The notes under the pieces are model-generated. The model worked only from the letters and a program-made list of their open reading frames with translations, searched no databases and was not told the DNA's origin. Below, piece after piece: positions 40,760 through 51,815 of a DNA stretch of 64,000 nucleotides (within the stretch, counting starts at the first letter, position 1; the number at the start of each line of letters is the position of its first letter). Made by a program: the position numbers and the translations under genes. The DNA lies in the NCBI GenBank assembly GCA_036918135.1, contig JBALDB010000017.1, positions 1 through 64,000 of the forward strand, in the 5' to 3' direction. The stretch comes from Nostoc sp. (GTDB taxonomy: Bacteria > Cyanobacteriota > Cyanobacteriia > Cyanobacteriales > Nostocaceae).

Positions 40760-41137
40760 ATGAACAGAAAATTAATCCTGAATTTGCTTTCCACTTCCAC
40801 AATTTTTACTTCGCTGATCTCCACCCTGGGAGTATTTCATCCTGCCCATGCTAGTATTAGTCAGCGATTAATGCACACACAAGACGGTCGTACCTGTATC
40901 ACTAACCCACATGGTGGAACCGATTTTATATGCATTCGAGATTCAGAAAGAAAGCAACCCTATACTTCTAAACAACGTACCACAACCATTGTCACTTCAA
41001 TGTCAGATCAGAATATTGCTATGTTGAACTTTACTGATGAGGAAAGTGATGCAGCAATTAAATTATTTGGTTGTGACTGTCCATATTGTATAAATTCTTT
41101 ACGTCAGTTACGCGGTACTGGAAACTTAGTATATTAG
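40760..41137 (+). CDS. Secreted hypothetical protein with C-terminal CDCxxC motif
   Basis: Signal peptide ending PAHA; FTDEESDAAIKLFGCDCPYCINSLRQLRG. Confidence 0.78.
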   Translation: MNRKLILNLLSTSTIFTSLISTLGVFHPAHASISQRLMHTQDGRTCITNPHGGTDFICIRDSERKQPYTSKQRTTTIVTSMSDQNIAMLNFTDEESDAAIKLFGCDCPYCINSLRQLRGTGNLVY

Positions 41138-41463
41138 GCTTCAAAAGCGTCAATGGCTGGCAAGAACTCCTAATAGACTGTTAACAACATCTTGATAGCT
41201 TCGTAGATGTGACTATATCTAAATACCAATTTTGGATTTGAGATTTGAGATTTTGGATTAAAAGCCTTAATCACAAAGCTGTTCCAGGAATTTCAAACAA
41301 TACTACTTATCCTAAGTTTGGTATAAAATATACAAACCAAAAAAGCATTTTTAATTACACACCAGAGAGAAGAAGACGCGGGGACGCAAAGATAGAGACA
41401 GTACGGGATTAGATATGTCCTTGTGTCCTTTTATCCTCGTGTCTCCACGTCCTAACCTTCTCT

Positions 41464-44136
41464 TCATTCAACCACTTCATTCACAGGGAATCTGTCAATC
41501 AGCTGCATTGCCCGATAAGCATTACGTTGGAAGGAGTCTGGTAAATGGGGAACATGGGGTATCTGCGATAATAAATCCAATGTCCGGCGTAAAATTCTCA
41601 CTACATCGCCTTCATCCAAGCTGGTGTTTTCGCACAGTTGTGTCCACTCCATACCCAACGCCCATTGTTCCACTAAGGCAATTAACTCAAACTCCAGCCA
41701 TATAGGTAATGCTACGTTATACCGCCGTTGTAATTGGAACATTTGGCGACGAATTCCCCGCAATTTTGCTAAAGCTTCTGTGACTTCATTACTGAGGTCA
41801 AAGTTAACCTTACTATCTGGGCGCGGAGTTTCTGTCACCAAAGCGGCGGCGGCGGCTGCTAAATGGTGCGGATCTAAGTTGTCCAATTCACCACAAGCAA
41901 ATACTAAACCCAGCCACAATTCATTTTCACCGCGAATGGCAGCAGCGATTTGCCCTAATTGTGTGGGTACTAAGTTATCCAATGCACCAAAGTGTTGCAG
42001 AATTGCAATTAAATTGAGAAACTCTTCCCAATGACGTTGTGACTGTTGCTCTACTACCCCTTGCAACTCTTCGAGTTCGGCTTCTAGTTCGACATAGCGG
42101 GCGCGGCGTTTGAAAATCGTTGCCACATTACCTAATTGATGTACCGGATGAGCTTCTACTTGCTCTTGAATAGCAGTAACACGACTGAGTTGTTCGGCTA
42201 CTTCTGGTGCCATATATAAAGACTCTACCGGATTGGGAATCTGGGTAGCGATCGCAAATGTTTCTTGACTACCAAGTTGTGACTGTCCCGGTTTCAAGAG
42301 CATTTCTGCTGGTGGTAGCACCTCAGGTGGCACTTCAACTCGCGGCAGTTCCGCATACAAATCGACTACATCCGTTGTGCTTGCCACATACCAACGGTTA
42401 TCGTATCCCAAGCATACCAAGTAAGGAGCTTCACCAGAATCGGGCGTTTTTCCTACTAACACTGCGGTTATAGGTGAAGACACTGGGATATTTTTGCCTT
42501 TGAGACTCAACAGAGTTCCTGAGACTGCAAAGCCCAACATCATCGCCAATTGTTCTTGTCTATCTAAGTGCGCTTGTTGTTGCAGGGTTTTCAAGATTTG
42601 GCGTTCCACTTTCAAGCGTTGGCGCAATTTCTCATAAATAGCCAGTTCATTTTCATCAACAGCGGCGATTTGCTCGTGTAATTGGGCTAATTGTGCTTGT
42701 AATTCTGCAATCTCATCGTATTCTGGTCTTAAATGCAAGGTGGCCATGTACTGCCCAAAACTGCGTTCTATCAGTTCCCTGGCTTGCTCTATGGTATGGG
42801 TTTGCAGCAAGTTGAGTACCATGCCGTAACTGGGCGTAAACTGGCTGACTAGGGGATCTGGCTTGGATGTTGCTAAATATGCAGCTTCTTTGGCTCCTTC
42901 AAAGGGAGTTTGCACTGTCACCACATGACCTTGTTTATCCATTCCCCGGCGGCCGGCGCGTCCCGCCATTTGCAGAAATTCAGAAGCGTTCAGCAGGCGG
43001 TGTCCGGTGTCAGTACGCTTGGAAAGGGTAGAAATTACTGTTGTCCGGGCGGGCATATTAATTCCGGCTGCCAGTGTCTCGGTGGCAAATACGACTTTAA
43101 TCAGCCCTTGCTGAAATAGTTCTTCTACGAGTGCTTTCCATGCAGGTAAAATCCCAGCGTGGTGGGCGGCAATTCCGCGGTACAAGGGAGCAATTTGTCC
43201 AGAACGCCCTGCTTCCGGATTACGGTTTAAAAACTCATCAATTTGTTCCCGTAAAATTTGGGACTCTTCATTATTTACCAGCCATAAATCACCCACTTCT
43301 GCTACTGCTTTATCACATCCCCGGCGGCTGAAGATAAAGTAAATGGCTGGTAGCATATCCCGTTGCTGCAAGTGGCTCAAGGTATAAATTATGCTAGGAG
43401 CTTCTGGTCTACCAGCTTTCCCCCGATCGCCTTGTCTTCTTTTGCCACGATTTGCCAAACGGGGGTTAATTTTGGTTTTACTATCATTCAGCAGAGGAAA
43501 TAATCCTTTGGGATTGCAAAAGTGGAATTCCAAAGGTACTGGGCGAAAATCGGAGTAAATCAGGTCTGTTGGCCCGTGAACGCGATTGAGCCAGTCGGTG
43601 AGTTGATCGCTATTGGCAACCGTGGCTGAAAGGGCTGCTAGTTGAATTTCACGGGGACAGTAAATGATTGATTCTTCCCAAACTGTACCACGTTGGCGAT
43701 CGTTCATGTAGTGGCACTCATCTAGCACCACTGCCTCAACGTCTACTAATGAGATGCCGACTTGCCCAATAGGCGTACCATAAAGCATATTTCGGAAAAT
43801 TTCTGTGGTCATCACCAAAATTGGTGCATCCCTGTTAATAGAAGCATCTCCAGTTAACAGTCCCACCAAATCGAATCCGAATTTTTCTCGAAAGTCACGT
43901 AATTTTTGATTCGACAGCGCCTTCAGGGGAGTAGTGTAAAACACACGTTTTCCTCGCGACAGGGCGCGATAAATGGCATATTCCCCTACTAACGTTTTGC
44001 CCGAACCTGTAGGCGCACATACTACTACGGAACGTCCAGCATTGAGGGATGCGATCGCATCTTTCTGGAACAGATCCAGTTCAAAGGGAAATATCGACCT
44101 GAGGTCAAGTTCAGGAGACGGCGCGGGATAATTCAC
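41464..44136 (-). CDS. Ski2/HelY-like DExH-box RNA helicase
   Basis: APTGSGKT, DECH, SAT, QMAGRAGRRG, C-terminal DEGDVVRILRR (DSHCT-like). Confidence 0.92.
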   Translation of the reverse strand: MNYPAPSPELDLRSIFPFELDLFQKDAIASLNAGRSVVVCAPTGSGKTLVGEYAIYRALSRGKRVFYTTPLKALSNQKLRDFREKFGFDLVGLLTGDASINRDAPILVMTTEIFRNMLYGTPIGQVGISLVDVEAVVLDECHYMNDRQRGTVWEESIIYCPREIQLAALSATVANSDQLTDWLNRVHGPTDLIYSDFRPVPLEFHFCNPKGLFPLLNDSKTKINPRLANRGKRRQGDRGKAGRPEAPSIIYTLSHLQQRDMLPAIYFIFSRRGCDKAVAEVGDLWLVNNEESQILREQIDEFLNRNPEAGRSGQIAPLYRGIAAHHAGILPAWKALVEELFQQGLIKVVFATETLAAGINMPARTTVISTLSKRTDTGHRLLNASEFLQMAGRAGRRGMDKQGHVVTVQTPFEGAKEAAYLATSKPDPLVSQFTPSYGMVLNLLQTHTIEQARELIERSFGQYMATLHLRPEYDEIAELQAQLAQLHEQIAAVDENELAIYEKLRQRLKVERQILKTLQQQAHLDRQEQLAMMLGFAVSGTLLSLKGKNIPVSSPITAVLVGKTPDSGEAPYLVCLGYDNRWYVASTTDVVDLYAELPRVEVPPEVLPPAEMLLKPGQSQLGSQETFAIATQIPNPVESLYMAPEVAEQLSRVTAIQEQVEAHPVHQLGNVATIFKRRARYVELEAELEELQGVVEQQSQRHWEEFLNLIAILQHFGALDNLVPTQLGQIAAAIRGENELWLGLVFACGELDNLDPHHLAAAAAALVTETPRPDSKVNFDLSNEVTEALAKLRGIRRQMFQLQRRYNVALPIWLEFELIALVEQWALGMEWTQLCENTSLDEGDVVRILRRTLDLLSQIPHVPHLPDSFQRNAYRAMQLIDRFPVNEVVE

Positions 44137-44263
44137 TCAATCACATTTGCAACCAGATTGTCTACTATACTAACGAGTCTTTTGTCAACTTCGTTATTAG
44201 TCATTTGTCATCAGTCATTAGTTTTTCACAAAGGACAAATGACTAATGACAAAGGACTCTTAT

Positions 44264-45082
44264 TTATTTTCCCAGTTCTTGCGATCGCTCTGTAGCAGCT
44301 TTGACTGCTTCAATTAAACCTGAGCGAAATCCTGCTTGTTCTAGCTTGGCAATCCCGGCAATTGTTGTACCACCAGGACTAGTAACGCGGTCTTTAAGTT
44401 CTGCTGGGTGTATTTTGGTTTCCTGCAACAGTTTCGCTGTTCCCAATACAGTTTGCAAAGCTAGTTGATTGGCAATGACTCTGGGTAAACCTGCGGCTAC
44501 TCCACCGTCAGCAAGTGCTTCTACCAAGAGTGCCACGTAAGCTGGGCCGCTACCAGATAGCCCTGTAACTGCATCCATCAGCACTTCTGGAACTTCTACG
44601 ACTTCCCCCACCGCTTCAAAAACTTGATGTGCTATTTGGTAATGCTTATAGTTGGTGTATGCACCCGAACAAATCGCGGTAACTCCAGCTCCCACTGTTG
44701 CTGGCGTGTTGGGCATTGCTCTGATTACTGGCAATTGCACAAATGCAGCTTCTAACTGACTTAAAGGTACACCCGCCAAGATGGAAATAATCAAGGGTGA
44801 GTGTTCTGGATTCCGAATCTCAATATGTGCTAATTCTTGAGCGATCGTACTCAATACTTGGGGTTTTATTGCCAAAAAGACAACTTCTTTGGCTTGGGTG
44901 AAAACCTCGCTACTATCCGTAGTTACAGCAACATTATAGTGCTGTTTTAAAAAATTCTGGCGTGAGGGTAGCGGTTCGCTAACTATGACTTCTGAGGATT
45001 GATAAATTCCAAGCGCAATAAGGCGGGATAAGAGCGATTCTCCCATTACCCCGCCACCAATTAAACCAAATTTAATAGTCAT
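44264..45082 (-). CDS. proC: Pyrroline-5-carboxylate reductase
   Basis: IGGGVMG, RAMPNTP, LSGSGPAY, VTSPGGTT. Confidence 0.96.
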   Translation of the reverse strand: MTIKFGLIGGGVMGESLLSRLIALGIYQSSEVIVSEPLPSRQNFLKQHYNVAVTTDSSEVFTQAKEVVFLAIKPQVLSTIAQELAHIEIRNPEHSPLIISILAGVPLSQLEAAFVQLPVIRAMPNTPATVGAGVTAICSGAYTNYKHYQIAHQVFEAVGEVVEVPEVLMDAVTGLSGSGPAYVALLVEALADGGVAAGLPRVIANQLALQTVLGTAKLLQETKIHPAELKDRVTSPGGTTIAGIAKLEQAGFRSGLIEAVKAATERSQELGK

Positions 45083-45187
45083 TAGTCATTTGTCATTGGT
45101 CATTAATCATTTGTCATTGGTCATCAGTCATTGTTTATTGTTAACTAACAAATGACAAAGGACAAAGGACAAAAGACTAATTTAACT

Positions 45188-45793
45188 TTATTGTGCCATC
45201 CGGTTAGGTTCGTTGCCCCAATTTTGATTTGAAGATGAAGAACTTGGGGGACGAGAAGGACGGGCTGGTGGTTGCGGTACTTCATGAAGAACCCCACCTT
45301 GGGTGCTAACTTGTACACAGCTGGGCGTAAACAAAAAGATACTCTCACCGATGCGCTCTTGATGTCCATCTAGGGCGTAAGTACCACCTGCTACAAAATC
45401 TACTGCTCGCTGAGCTTGATCTGGGTCCATGATTGTCAGGTTTAATACCACTGACTTGCGTTCTCGCAACGCTTGAATTGCCTGAGGCATTTCTTCAAAG
45501 GTTCGTGGTTCGAGTACTAAAACTTCCGAAATTCCGTTAATTGCTCCTGGCATACCAATCACATTCCCCATTGGCTTTGACCCTGTTGCGATTTCTTCTC
45601 CCATTGTAGGCACTGGTTCCCGCCAACGTCGATTTTGAGTTGCTGGGGTTTCTTGTGGCACTGGTTGGGGATTTTCTTGCTGATACAGATTTTGGTAATT
45701 ATTATCTGTATCTGGTTCTTCTTCGTAGTATTCGTATTCCACTTGCTCATTTAGACCTACAAAGTCTCTGAGTTTGGAAAAGATGTTGTTCAT
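45188..45793 (-). CDS. sepF: Cell division protein SepF
   Basis: [17 protein letters not shown]...IFLFTP; yggS-sepF-proC synteny. Confidence 0.95.
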   Translation of the reverse strand: MNNIFSKLRDFVGLNEQVEYEYYEEEPDTDNNYQNLYQQENPQPVPQETPATQNRRWREPVPTMGEEIATGSKPMGNVIGMPGAINGISEVLVLEPRTFEEMPQAIQALRERKSVVLNLTIMDPDQAQRAVDFVAGGTYALDGHQERIGESIFLFTPSCVQVSTQGGVLHEVPQPPARPSRPPSSSSSNQNWGNEPNRMAQ

Positions 45794-46156
45794 TGTGTAC
45801 TCTCCTGGTGCGAATAGCCGGTATTGACTTGGCTTGGGATTAATTTAGCCATCTGCGATCGCTACATGGGTGGATACTTCAGCAAATATATTGCTATTTG
45901 TAGCCTGTACTACGGGCTTTGGCGATGAACCGACACTTTTAGCAAGGTCTGTGCATCGCCTAAACATAATAATGAGTCAAGATTATATCCTAAGGTTTGT
46001 CCGAAGGAAAGTTCTTTGTTACCCGAATTTTACTTAGCGATTGCTCTTGTCAATACTATATCCTTTGTTTCTAATTGCACCAGTCTGTTACAAAATTGTT
46101 GTCATCAAATCCCAATCTCTAATTAATACTTAACCATAAGGCTGATAACCAGTATG

Positions 46157-46825
46157 CTAAAGGCGATCGCCAAACAAGATGGTTCCTAATCGTACCATCG
46201 TTGTGCCTGCTTGCACTGCCAGTTCGTAGTCTCCTGACATACCCATAGATAGGTGCTGCATTTTTATCTGCGACCAGTTTTGCTCTTGGATTTCTTTTGC
46301 CAGTTGACGACATCGATTAAACACACTCAGAATTTCCACCTCATCCAATCCGGAAGGCGGAATTGTCATCAAACCTTGAATTTGTAAAGTTTTGCATTGA
46401 TTCAGGGCGGGTAAATCAGCCAAAAGTTCTGGCACACTCCAACCCGACTTGTTGGGATCTGGGAGAATTTTTACTTGCAAGCAAACTTGGGGGCTGACTC
46501 CCAGCTGTTGCGCCAATTGTTCTAAGCGCACTGCCAACTTTAAATTATCTACGGAGTGAATCCAGTGGAATTGTTCAATGGCTTTTTTGGCTTTATTGCT
46601 TTGCAAATGTCCAATAAAGTGCCAAGTAATATCCGATAAGTCATGCAACTGGGCTTGCTTAATACTGGCTTCTTGGATACGACTCTCTGCAAAATCACGA
46701 ATTCCTGCGGCATAGGCAGACCGAATCGCTTCAGCAGAAACTTGCTTGCTAACAGCAATCAATCTGACTGAAGTTGGCAGTGAGGAGCGAATGGTAACAA
46801 TACGTTCGTAAATCGAACTGTTCAT
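46157..46825 (-). CDS. pipY: PLP homeostasis protein YggS/PipY
   Basis: LIAVSK, WHFIGHLQSNK, LSMGMSGDY, VRLGTILFG; overlaps the pipX stop codon. Confidence 0.93.
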   Translation of the reverse strand: MNSSIYERIVTIRSSLPTSVRLIAVSKQVSAEAIRSAYAAGIRDFAESRIQEASIKQAQLHDLSDITWHFIGHLQSNKAKKAIEQFHWIHSVDNLKLAVRLEQLAQQLGVSPQVCLQVKILPDPNKSGWSVPELLADLPALNQCKTLQIQGLMTIPPSGLDEVEILSVFNRCRQLAKEIQEQNWSQIKMQHLSMGMSGDYELAVQAGTTMVRLGTILFGDRL

Positions 46826-47100
46826 TGGAAGGTGCGTTGGAAAACACTCTGAAGCTGATCGTACTCCTGAGATTGCCCACCGCGACGCAGAGTACGTAAG
46901 CGATTTTCCAACATCATTCTAGCTTCGGTGCGTCCTATAGGCTGGAACTTAATACCTTTAATGTCATTTGCTACCAAAAAAAATAACCGCTGGGCATAAA
47001 GTGTCGTGAACAGATCCTGGTTTTCATCAACCATACAGATTTTGTAAAGTAAACCCCAAGTTGGATGATTTATGTAAGTTTCTGCGTTTTCTGGATTCAT
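46822..47100 (-). CDS. pipX: PII/NtcA-interacting protein PipX
   Basis: ETYINHPTWGLLY...LFTTLYAQRLFFLV. Confidence 0.95.
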   Translation of the reverse strand: MNPENAETYINHPTWGLLYKICMVDENQDLFTTLYAQRLFFLVANDIKGIKFQPIGRTEARMMLENRLRTLRRGGQSQEYDQLQSVFQRTFQ

Positions 47101-47419
47101 TTAATAGTCAAGGTGGGAGTATGTATATGCTTTCGCAGTTCATTCCAAACATTCAGACGATAATACCAACATTCGTCAGAATATTTTCTTAAAGTGCGAA
47201 ACTGTGGTTTTGAAGACCTCGATCTAGTTTTTAAGGAAGCAGATTAAGCTAGTGGTAGTGAAGCGGAAGTTGTTGAAAGTTTGGCGTAGCATGGGAAAAC
47301 ACCCGATAAACATCCCAAGGGCAAAAGCCAACTTTCTAACTTCTTTCCATACTGCCACAACTGTCGCCTAATGGAGCAAAATTAGGTCATGTGAATGGGC
47401 ATTGGGCATTGTGTATACA

Positions 47420-47555
47420 GGAGATGAGGAGATGAGGAGATGAGAAAGATGAGGGAGATGAGGGAGTGTGGGGAGTGTGGGGAGAGAGAGGGGAAAGATT
47501 TCTTCCCCATCCTCCCACACCTCCCATCCCTCCCACACTTCCAATACCCAATGCC
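47420..47555 (+). repeat. G-rich/C-rich composite repeat, family B (intergenic copy)
   Basis: GGAGATGA/GGGAGTGT arm, GAAAGATTTCTTCCCCATCCTCCCACAC core, CCCAATGCC tail. Confidence 0.75.
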
Positions 47556-47570
47556 TGATTCCCAATTCCC

Positions 47571-49259
47571 TTATTGATTATTCAGTATTTTCAGCGCTGC
47601 CAACTGCGCCTGAGCTTTGTGCAGAGATTCATACCATTCTCTCTCAGGGTCGCTGTCTGCAACAATTCCGGCGCCAACTTGTCCCCAGACAATGTTGAGT
47701 GGAGAGGGGTAGTGGGGAGATGAGGGAGATGAGGGAGTGTGGGGAGTGTGGGGAGTGTGGGGAGTGTGGGGAGAGAGGGGGGAAAGATTTCTTCCCCATC
47801 CTCCCACACCTTCCACCCCTCCAATACCCATTGCCCCATCTCCTCCATCTTCCTTCCCAGGGGCTAGTAGCAGGGTACGGATTAAGATATTTAAGTCTAA
47901 ATTACCGCGCCAATCTAAATAGCCACAGGAACCATAGAATAAGCTGCGTCGCACGGGTTCTAGTTCTTCGATAATTTCCATGCAACGGATTTTAGGACAA
48001 CCTGTAATTGTGCCGCCTGGGAAGGTGGCGCGAATCAAATCAATGGTGGTGCGTTCGGCTTCGCCGTGCTGTAGGCATTCGCCTTTTAAAGTACCTTTGA
48101 TGTTGCTGACAAGATGCATCACATGGCTATATCGCTCAATTGTCAGCAATTCGTCTACAACAACACTTCCCCATTCACAAACTCGCCCTAAATCATTGCG
48201 TTCCAAATCCACGAGCATGATGTGTTCTGCACGTTCTTTGGTGTTGCTGAGTAAATCTTGTGCCAGTTGCCTATCTTGTTCTGGGTTTGCACCACGCGAT
48301 CGCGTTCCGGCGATCGGTCTGGTTTGCGCTTGTCTATTTTGCAACAATACTAATCGTTCCGGCGAACAACTCATCACTTCCCCCCAAGGCGTTTGCCAAT
48401 AGCTGGCAAAAGGAGAAGGATTGATTTTTTGCAAGGCTTGGTAAATTTCCCAACCAGAAGTTGCTGTAGACGCTTGAAATCGCAATGACAGATTTGCCTG
48501 AAAAATGTCTCCAGCTTGAATATATTTTTTCACCTGGTTGACAGTTGCTTCATAATCTGCCTGTGATGTCAAAAAGACAGGAGCAGATGAGCCAGATGAG
48601 CCAGATAAGGGAGAGAATTCTACGTTGTTGTCGTTATCTCCTTGCCTGTTATCCAATTTTTCCTGTAGCTTATTGAGTTCAGTGCGATCGCTAGCAGCTA
48701 ACCAAAGAATTTGTTCGGTGTGATCTAAAACAGCAAAACAATCTGGTTCGTACCAAAAAGCTACGGGAAATGGTAGGGGATCAATTTTAGTAGTAGGTAG
48801 CTGTTCAATTTCCCATGCGACATCGTAGCCCAGCCAACCCAGCCAACCACCGCTAAAAGGGAGGTGAGGTGGGGCATTGGGTATTGGAAGTGTGGGAGGG
48901 GTGGGAGGATGGGGAAGAAATCTTTCCCCCCTCTCTCCCCACACTCCCTCATCTCCCCATCTCCTTATCTCCCTATCTCCCTCATCTGGCTCATCCGTCT
49001 GCTGCAACAACTGTTCTAACAAGGGAAAAACCTCTCCTAGCTTTGGTGTCCACATCTGTGGGACGCCATCCACTAGGCGAGGAGCGCCTGCACAGATAGA
49101 ATATCGACTGAGCTGGGGATGTTCGATTGGTGTTGGATAGGGACTTTCCAGTAGGGTAGCAATTCCCGTTGCGGTGGTGGGGCGAAACAAGGCAGCAAAA
49201 ACTTCCGAACCCGTGCGCTCTTTTAAGGGTAGCGATCGCCAATACCAAGCCTTCATCAT
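47571..49259 (-). CDS. pabB: Aminodeoxychorismate/anthranilate synthase component I family protein (PabB-like) with in-frame repeat insertions
   Basis: GDIFQANLS, SPERL, TRPIAGT, KERAEHIMLVDLERNDLG, FPGGTITGCPK, GAGIVADS. Confidence 0.8.
   Translation of the reverse strand: MMKAWYWRSLPLKERTGSEVFAALFRPTTATGIATLLESPYPTPIEHPQLSRYSICAGAPRLVDGVPQMWTPKLGEVFPLLEQLLQQTDEPDEGDREIRRWGDEGVWGERGERFLPHPPTPPTLPIPNAPPHLPFSGGWLGWLGYDVAWEIEQLPTTKIDPLPFPVAFWYEPDCFAVLDHTEQILWLAASDRTELNKLQEKLDNRQGDNDNNVEFSPLSGSSGSSAPVFLTSQADYEATVNQVKKYIQAGDIFQANLSLRFQASTATSGWEIYQALQKINPSPFASYWQTPWGEVMSCSPERLVLLQNRQAQTRPIAGTRSRGANPEQDRQLAQDLLSNTKERAEHIMLVDLERNDLGRVCEWGSVVVDELLTIERYSHVMHLVSNIKGTLKGECLQHGEAERTTIDLIRATFPGGTITGCPKIRCMEIIEELEPVRRSLFYGSCGYLDWRGNLDLNILIRTLLLAPGKEDGGDGAMGIGGVEGVGGWGRNLSPLSPHTPHTPHTPHTPSSPSSPHYPSPLNIVWGQVGAGIVADSDPEREWYESLHKAQAQLAALKILNNQ
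47714..47837 (+). repeat. Family B repeat in frame inside pabB
   Basis: Encodes the GAMGIGGVEGVGGWGRNLSPLSPHTPHTPHTP insert. Confidence 0.75.
48871..48986 (-). repeat. Family B repeat (inverted) in frame inside pabB
   Basis: Encodes the EGDREIRRWGDEGVWGERGERFLPHPPTPPTLPIPNAP insert. Confidence 0.75.
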
Positions 49260-49295
49260 ACTGTTTAGAAACTTTCGATTTTCAAGGATGGCAAA

Positions 49296-50213
49296 TTAGA
49301 CTTTAGTTCCTACAGCTAGTCGTATTCCCCAGAATAAGACTAAAGTCGCAATAGCAAACCAGTCAAGGGCTTTTAATCGTAAATCATGCCACTGAACTCG
49401 ATGTTCGTTAGGACTGGTAAAACCCCTTACAACCATTGCATTGGCCATTTGTTCGGCTCGTAAGAGCAGATTGTCTAACAATCTCTCTGCAACTGTCATC
49501 CAAAGCTTAAATGCTCCTTTTAATCCCAGCTTTTTCCAATTAATCGCCCTTGTCATTACAGAGCGAAATAAGTTTTGTACTTCTTCTAAAACCAGGGGAA
49601 TAAAGCGCAAAGATAAAGTTAAAGTTAAAGTAATTTCTGTAACGGGCAGCTTCAAACGCCGCAAGGGTTGCATCAAGCTTTCTATGCCAGATGTAATTTC
49701 TTCTGGTGCGGTTGTCAGTAAATACAGGTTAGTGCTATAAATCACGGTAAATATAATCGCACTTAGGCTTATCCCCAAATCTAAGGAGTGGCGAGTTATT
49801 CTAGCTGCACCTTTTTGAAATAGCACGTAGCTATATTTTTGATGAGTGCTTGCTTGTTGAATAGGATTATTCGAGTTTGCTGGCTGGGTTAATATTTGTT
49901 CGTTTGCTGGCAAACGTGGCTGATAATCTATACCCATTCCATCAGGACTGATGGCTGCGATCGCTAGGACAAAAAATGATAGCATCAATAACCATCCCAT
50001 TTGCTGCCGCCATACTCGTTGGGGAATCCTTGCAAATAAGGTCGTAACGATTAATATTACCACCAGCAACACCCGCCAATAGTTGTTGGCTAATATATAG
50101 CTGGTTAAAAAACTTATTAACCAAGCAAACTTGACTCGCGGATCGATTTTATGCAACCAAGTTTGGGGTTGTTCTAAATAAAGTCCAAGTGGCAGCGATC
50201 GCAGTAAATCCAT
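49296..50213 (-). CDS. ECF transporter transmembrane component (EcfT/CbiQ family)
   Basis: LHKIDPRVK, LRFIPLVLEE, AMVVRGF. Confidence 0.9.
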   Translation of the reverse strand: MDLLRSLPLGLYLEQPQTWLHKIDPRVKFAWLISFLTSYILANNYWRVLLVVILIVTTLFARIPQRVWRQQMGWLLMLSFFVLAIAAISPDGMGIDYQPRLPANEQILTQPANSNNPIQQASTHQKYSYVLFQKGAARITRHSLDLGISLSAIIFTVIYSTNLYLLTTAPEEITSGIESLMQPLRRLKLPVTEITLTLTLSLRFIPLVLEEVQNLFRSVMTRAINWKKLGLKGAFKLWMTVAERLLDNLLLRAEQMANAMVVRGFTSPNEHRVQWHDLRLKALDWFAIATLVLFWGIRLAVGTKV

Positions 50214-50248
50214 GTTTTGTCAATAGTCATTGGTCGTTGGTCATTGGT

Positions 50249-50302
50249 GAGCCAGTGCGGTCTTGGGGGTTTCCCCCATGAGCAACTGGCGAACCCGAAG
50301 GG
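50249..50302 (+). repeat. Small palindromic repeat inserted in an STRR tract
   Basis: GAGCCAG...GGGGGTTTCCCCC...CTGGCGAACCCGAAGGG within GTCATTG heptamers. Confidence 0.6.
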
Positions 50303-50396
50303 TCATGGGTCATTGGTCATTAGTTAAAACTCATCATTTAACCAAGGACAAAGGACAAAGGACAAATGACAAATAACAAATGACAAGTGACAATTA

Positions 50397-51758
50397 TTAC
50401 ACGCGTGTTGCTCTATTGACATTACCACTTTCAACGTCACGAACTTTTTTGCTCCGCCAGAGTAAACGAATAGGGCTACCTTTAAATCCTAGTTGTTGCC
50501 GAAATTGTCGCTCTATGTAGCGGCGGTAGTTGTCGTTAAAGCGTTTGGCATCATTGACAAATAAAGCAATGGTAGGTGGTTGGGTACTTACTTGTGTACC
50601 ATAATAAATTTTGCCTTGACGCCCACCACGCGATGCTGGGGGTGAATGCCAGCTCAGTGCGTCTGTTAAAACTTCATTAATCACTGATGTGCTAACACGG
50701 CGTTTGTGTGACTCAGCCGCTATTTTGACGAAATCTAAAATCTTTTCTACCCGTTGCCCTTTTAAAGCACTGACAAATATTGTTTCTGCCCATTCAGTAA
50801 AATGTAACCGCGCTTGTAAACTTTTTTCGTAGTCGTAGATCGTGTAAGAGTCTTTTTCCACTGCATCCCACTTATTAACTACGATGATGCAAGCTCGACC
50901 TTCTTCGATAATTCGTCCAGCTAATTTTTGGTCTTGCTCTGTGACTCCATCTAAAGCATCTAGTACTAATAAAACCACATCAGCGCGGCGAATCGCTTTG
51001 AAAGCCCGGTTAATGCTAAAAAACTCTGTGCCGTATTCTATTTGTTTCTTCTTGCGAATGCCGGCAGTGTCAATCAAGCGATAGGTTTGTCCGTCCCGCT
51101 CAACTACGGTATCAATTGCATCGCGGGTTGTACCAGAAATTGGGCTAACAATTGCCCTTTCTTTTCCAACAAAAGCATTGAGTAAACTAGATTTACCCAC
51201 ATTTGGGCGTCCCACAATTGCTACTTTGATTTCGTTATTTTCTGGGACTTCTCCAACGGGCGGTATGTGATTAATTAACTCATCAAGTAAATCTCCTGTA
51301 CCACTGCCATGAATGGCAGAGACGGGGTACGGTTCGTTTAATCCCAATTCCCAAAATTCCACAGCTTGGATTAAACCTTGTTCTGGGGATTCACATTTAT
51401 TTACAGCTAGTAAGACTGGTACAGGTTGTTGGCGCAACCATTCAGCAATTTCTCGATCTGCTGAGGTAGGGCCAATTTGACCATCGACTACAAAAATGGC
51501 GGCACTCGCTTCTGTAAGCGCTGTCAATGCCTGTTGGCGAATCAGTGGCAAAAATTCAGTATCATCATTAAAAACTAAACCACCAGTGTCTACCACCAAA
51601 AAGTCGCGATCGTTCCAGTAAGCTCGGATGTAAGTGCGATCGCGTGTCACTCCCGGTTCATCATGGACAATCGCCGTTTGTTCCCCGGCGAGACGATTAA
51701 CTAGGGTGGATTTGCCCACATTTGGGCGTCCGATAATAGCAACAATTGGCAGTCCCAT
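50397..51758 (-). CDS. der: Ribosome biogenesis GTPase Der (EngA)
   Basis: Two GRPNVGKS G-domains, GVTRDR and GTTRDA, C-terminal KH-like domain. Confidence 0.97.
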   Translation of the reverse strand: MGLPIVAIIGRPNVGKSTLVNRLAGEQTAIVHDEPGVTRDRTYIRAYWNDRDFLVVDTGGLVFNDDTEFLPLIRQQALTALTEASAAIFVVDGQIGPTSADREIAEWLRQQPVPVLLAVNKCESPEQGLIQAVEFWELGLNEPYPVSAIHGSGTGDLLDELINHIPPVGEVPENNEIKVAIVGRPNVGKSSLLNAFVGKERAIVSPISGTTRDAIDTVVERDGQTYRLIDTAGIRKKKQIEYGTEFFSINRAFKAIRRADVVLLVLDALDGVTEQDQKLAGRIIEEGRACIIVVNKWDAVEKDSYTIYDYEKSLQARLHFTEWAETIFVSALKGQRVEKILDFVKIAAESHKRRVSTSVINEVLTDALSWHSPPASRGGRQGKIYYGTQVSTQPPTIALFVNDAKRFNDNYRRYIERQFRQQLGFKGSPIRLLWRSKKVRDVESGNVNRATRV

Positions 51759-51815
51759 AAAACCAGGGTAAGTGAGAGACGTAGTATATCACGTACTTAC
51801 ATTTTATGTTATGTA

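Noticed and set aside
47368..49248. Several short Pro/His/Gly/Trp-rich ORFs around pabB
   Set aside because: Alternative-frame translations of the family B repeat.
51783..51797. AGTATATCACGTACT upstream of der as a LexA box
   Set aside because: Spacing is one base too long and the left half-site mismatches.
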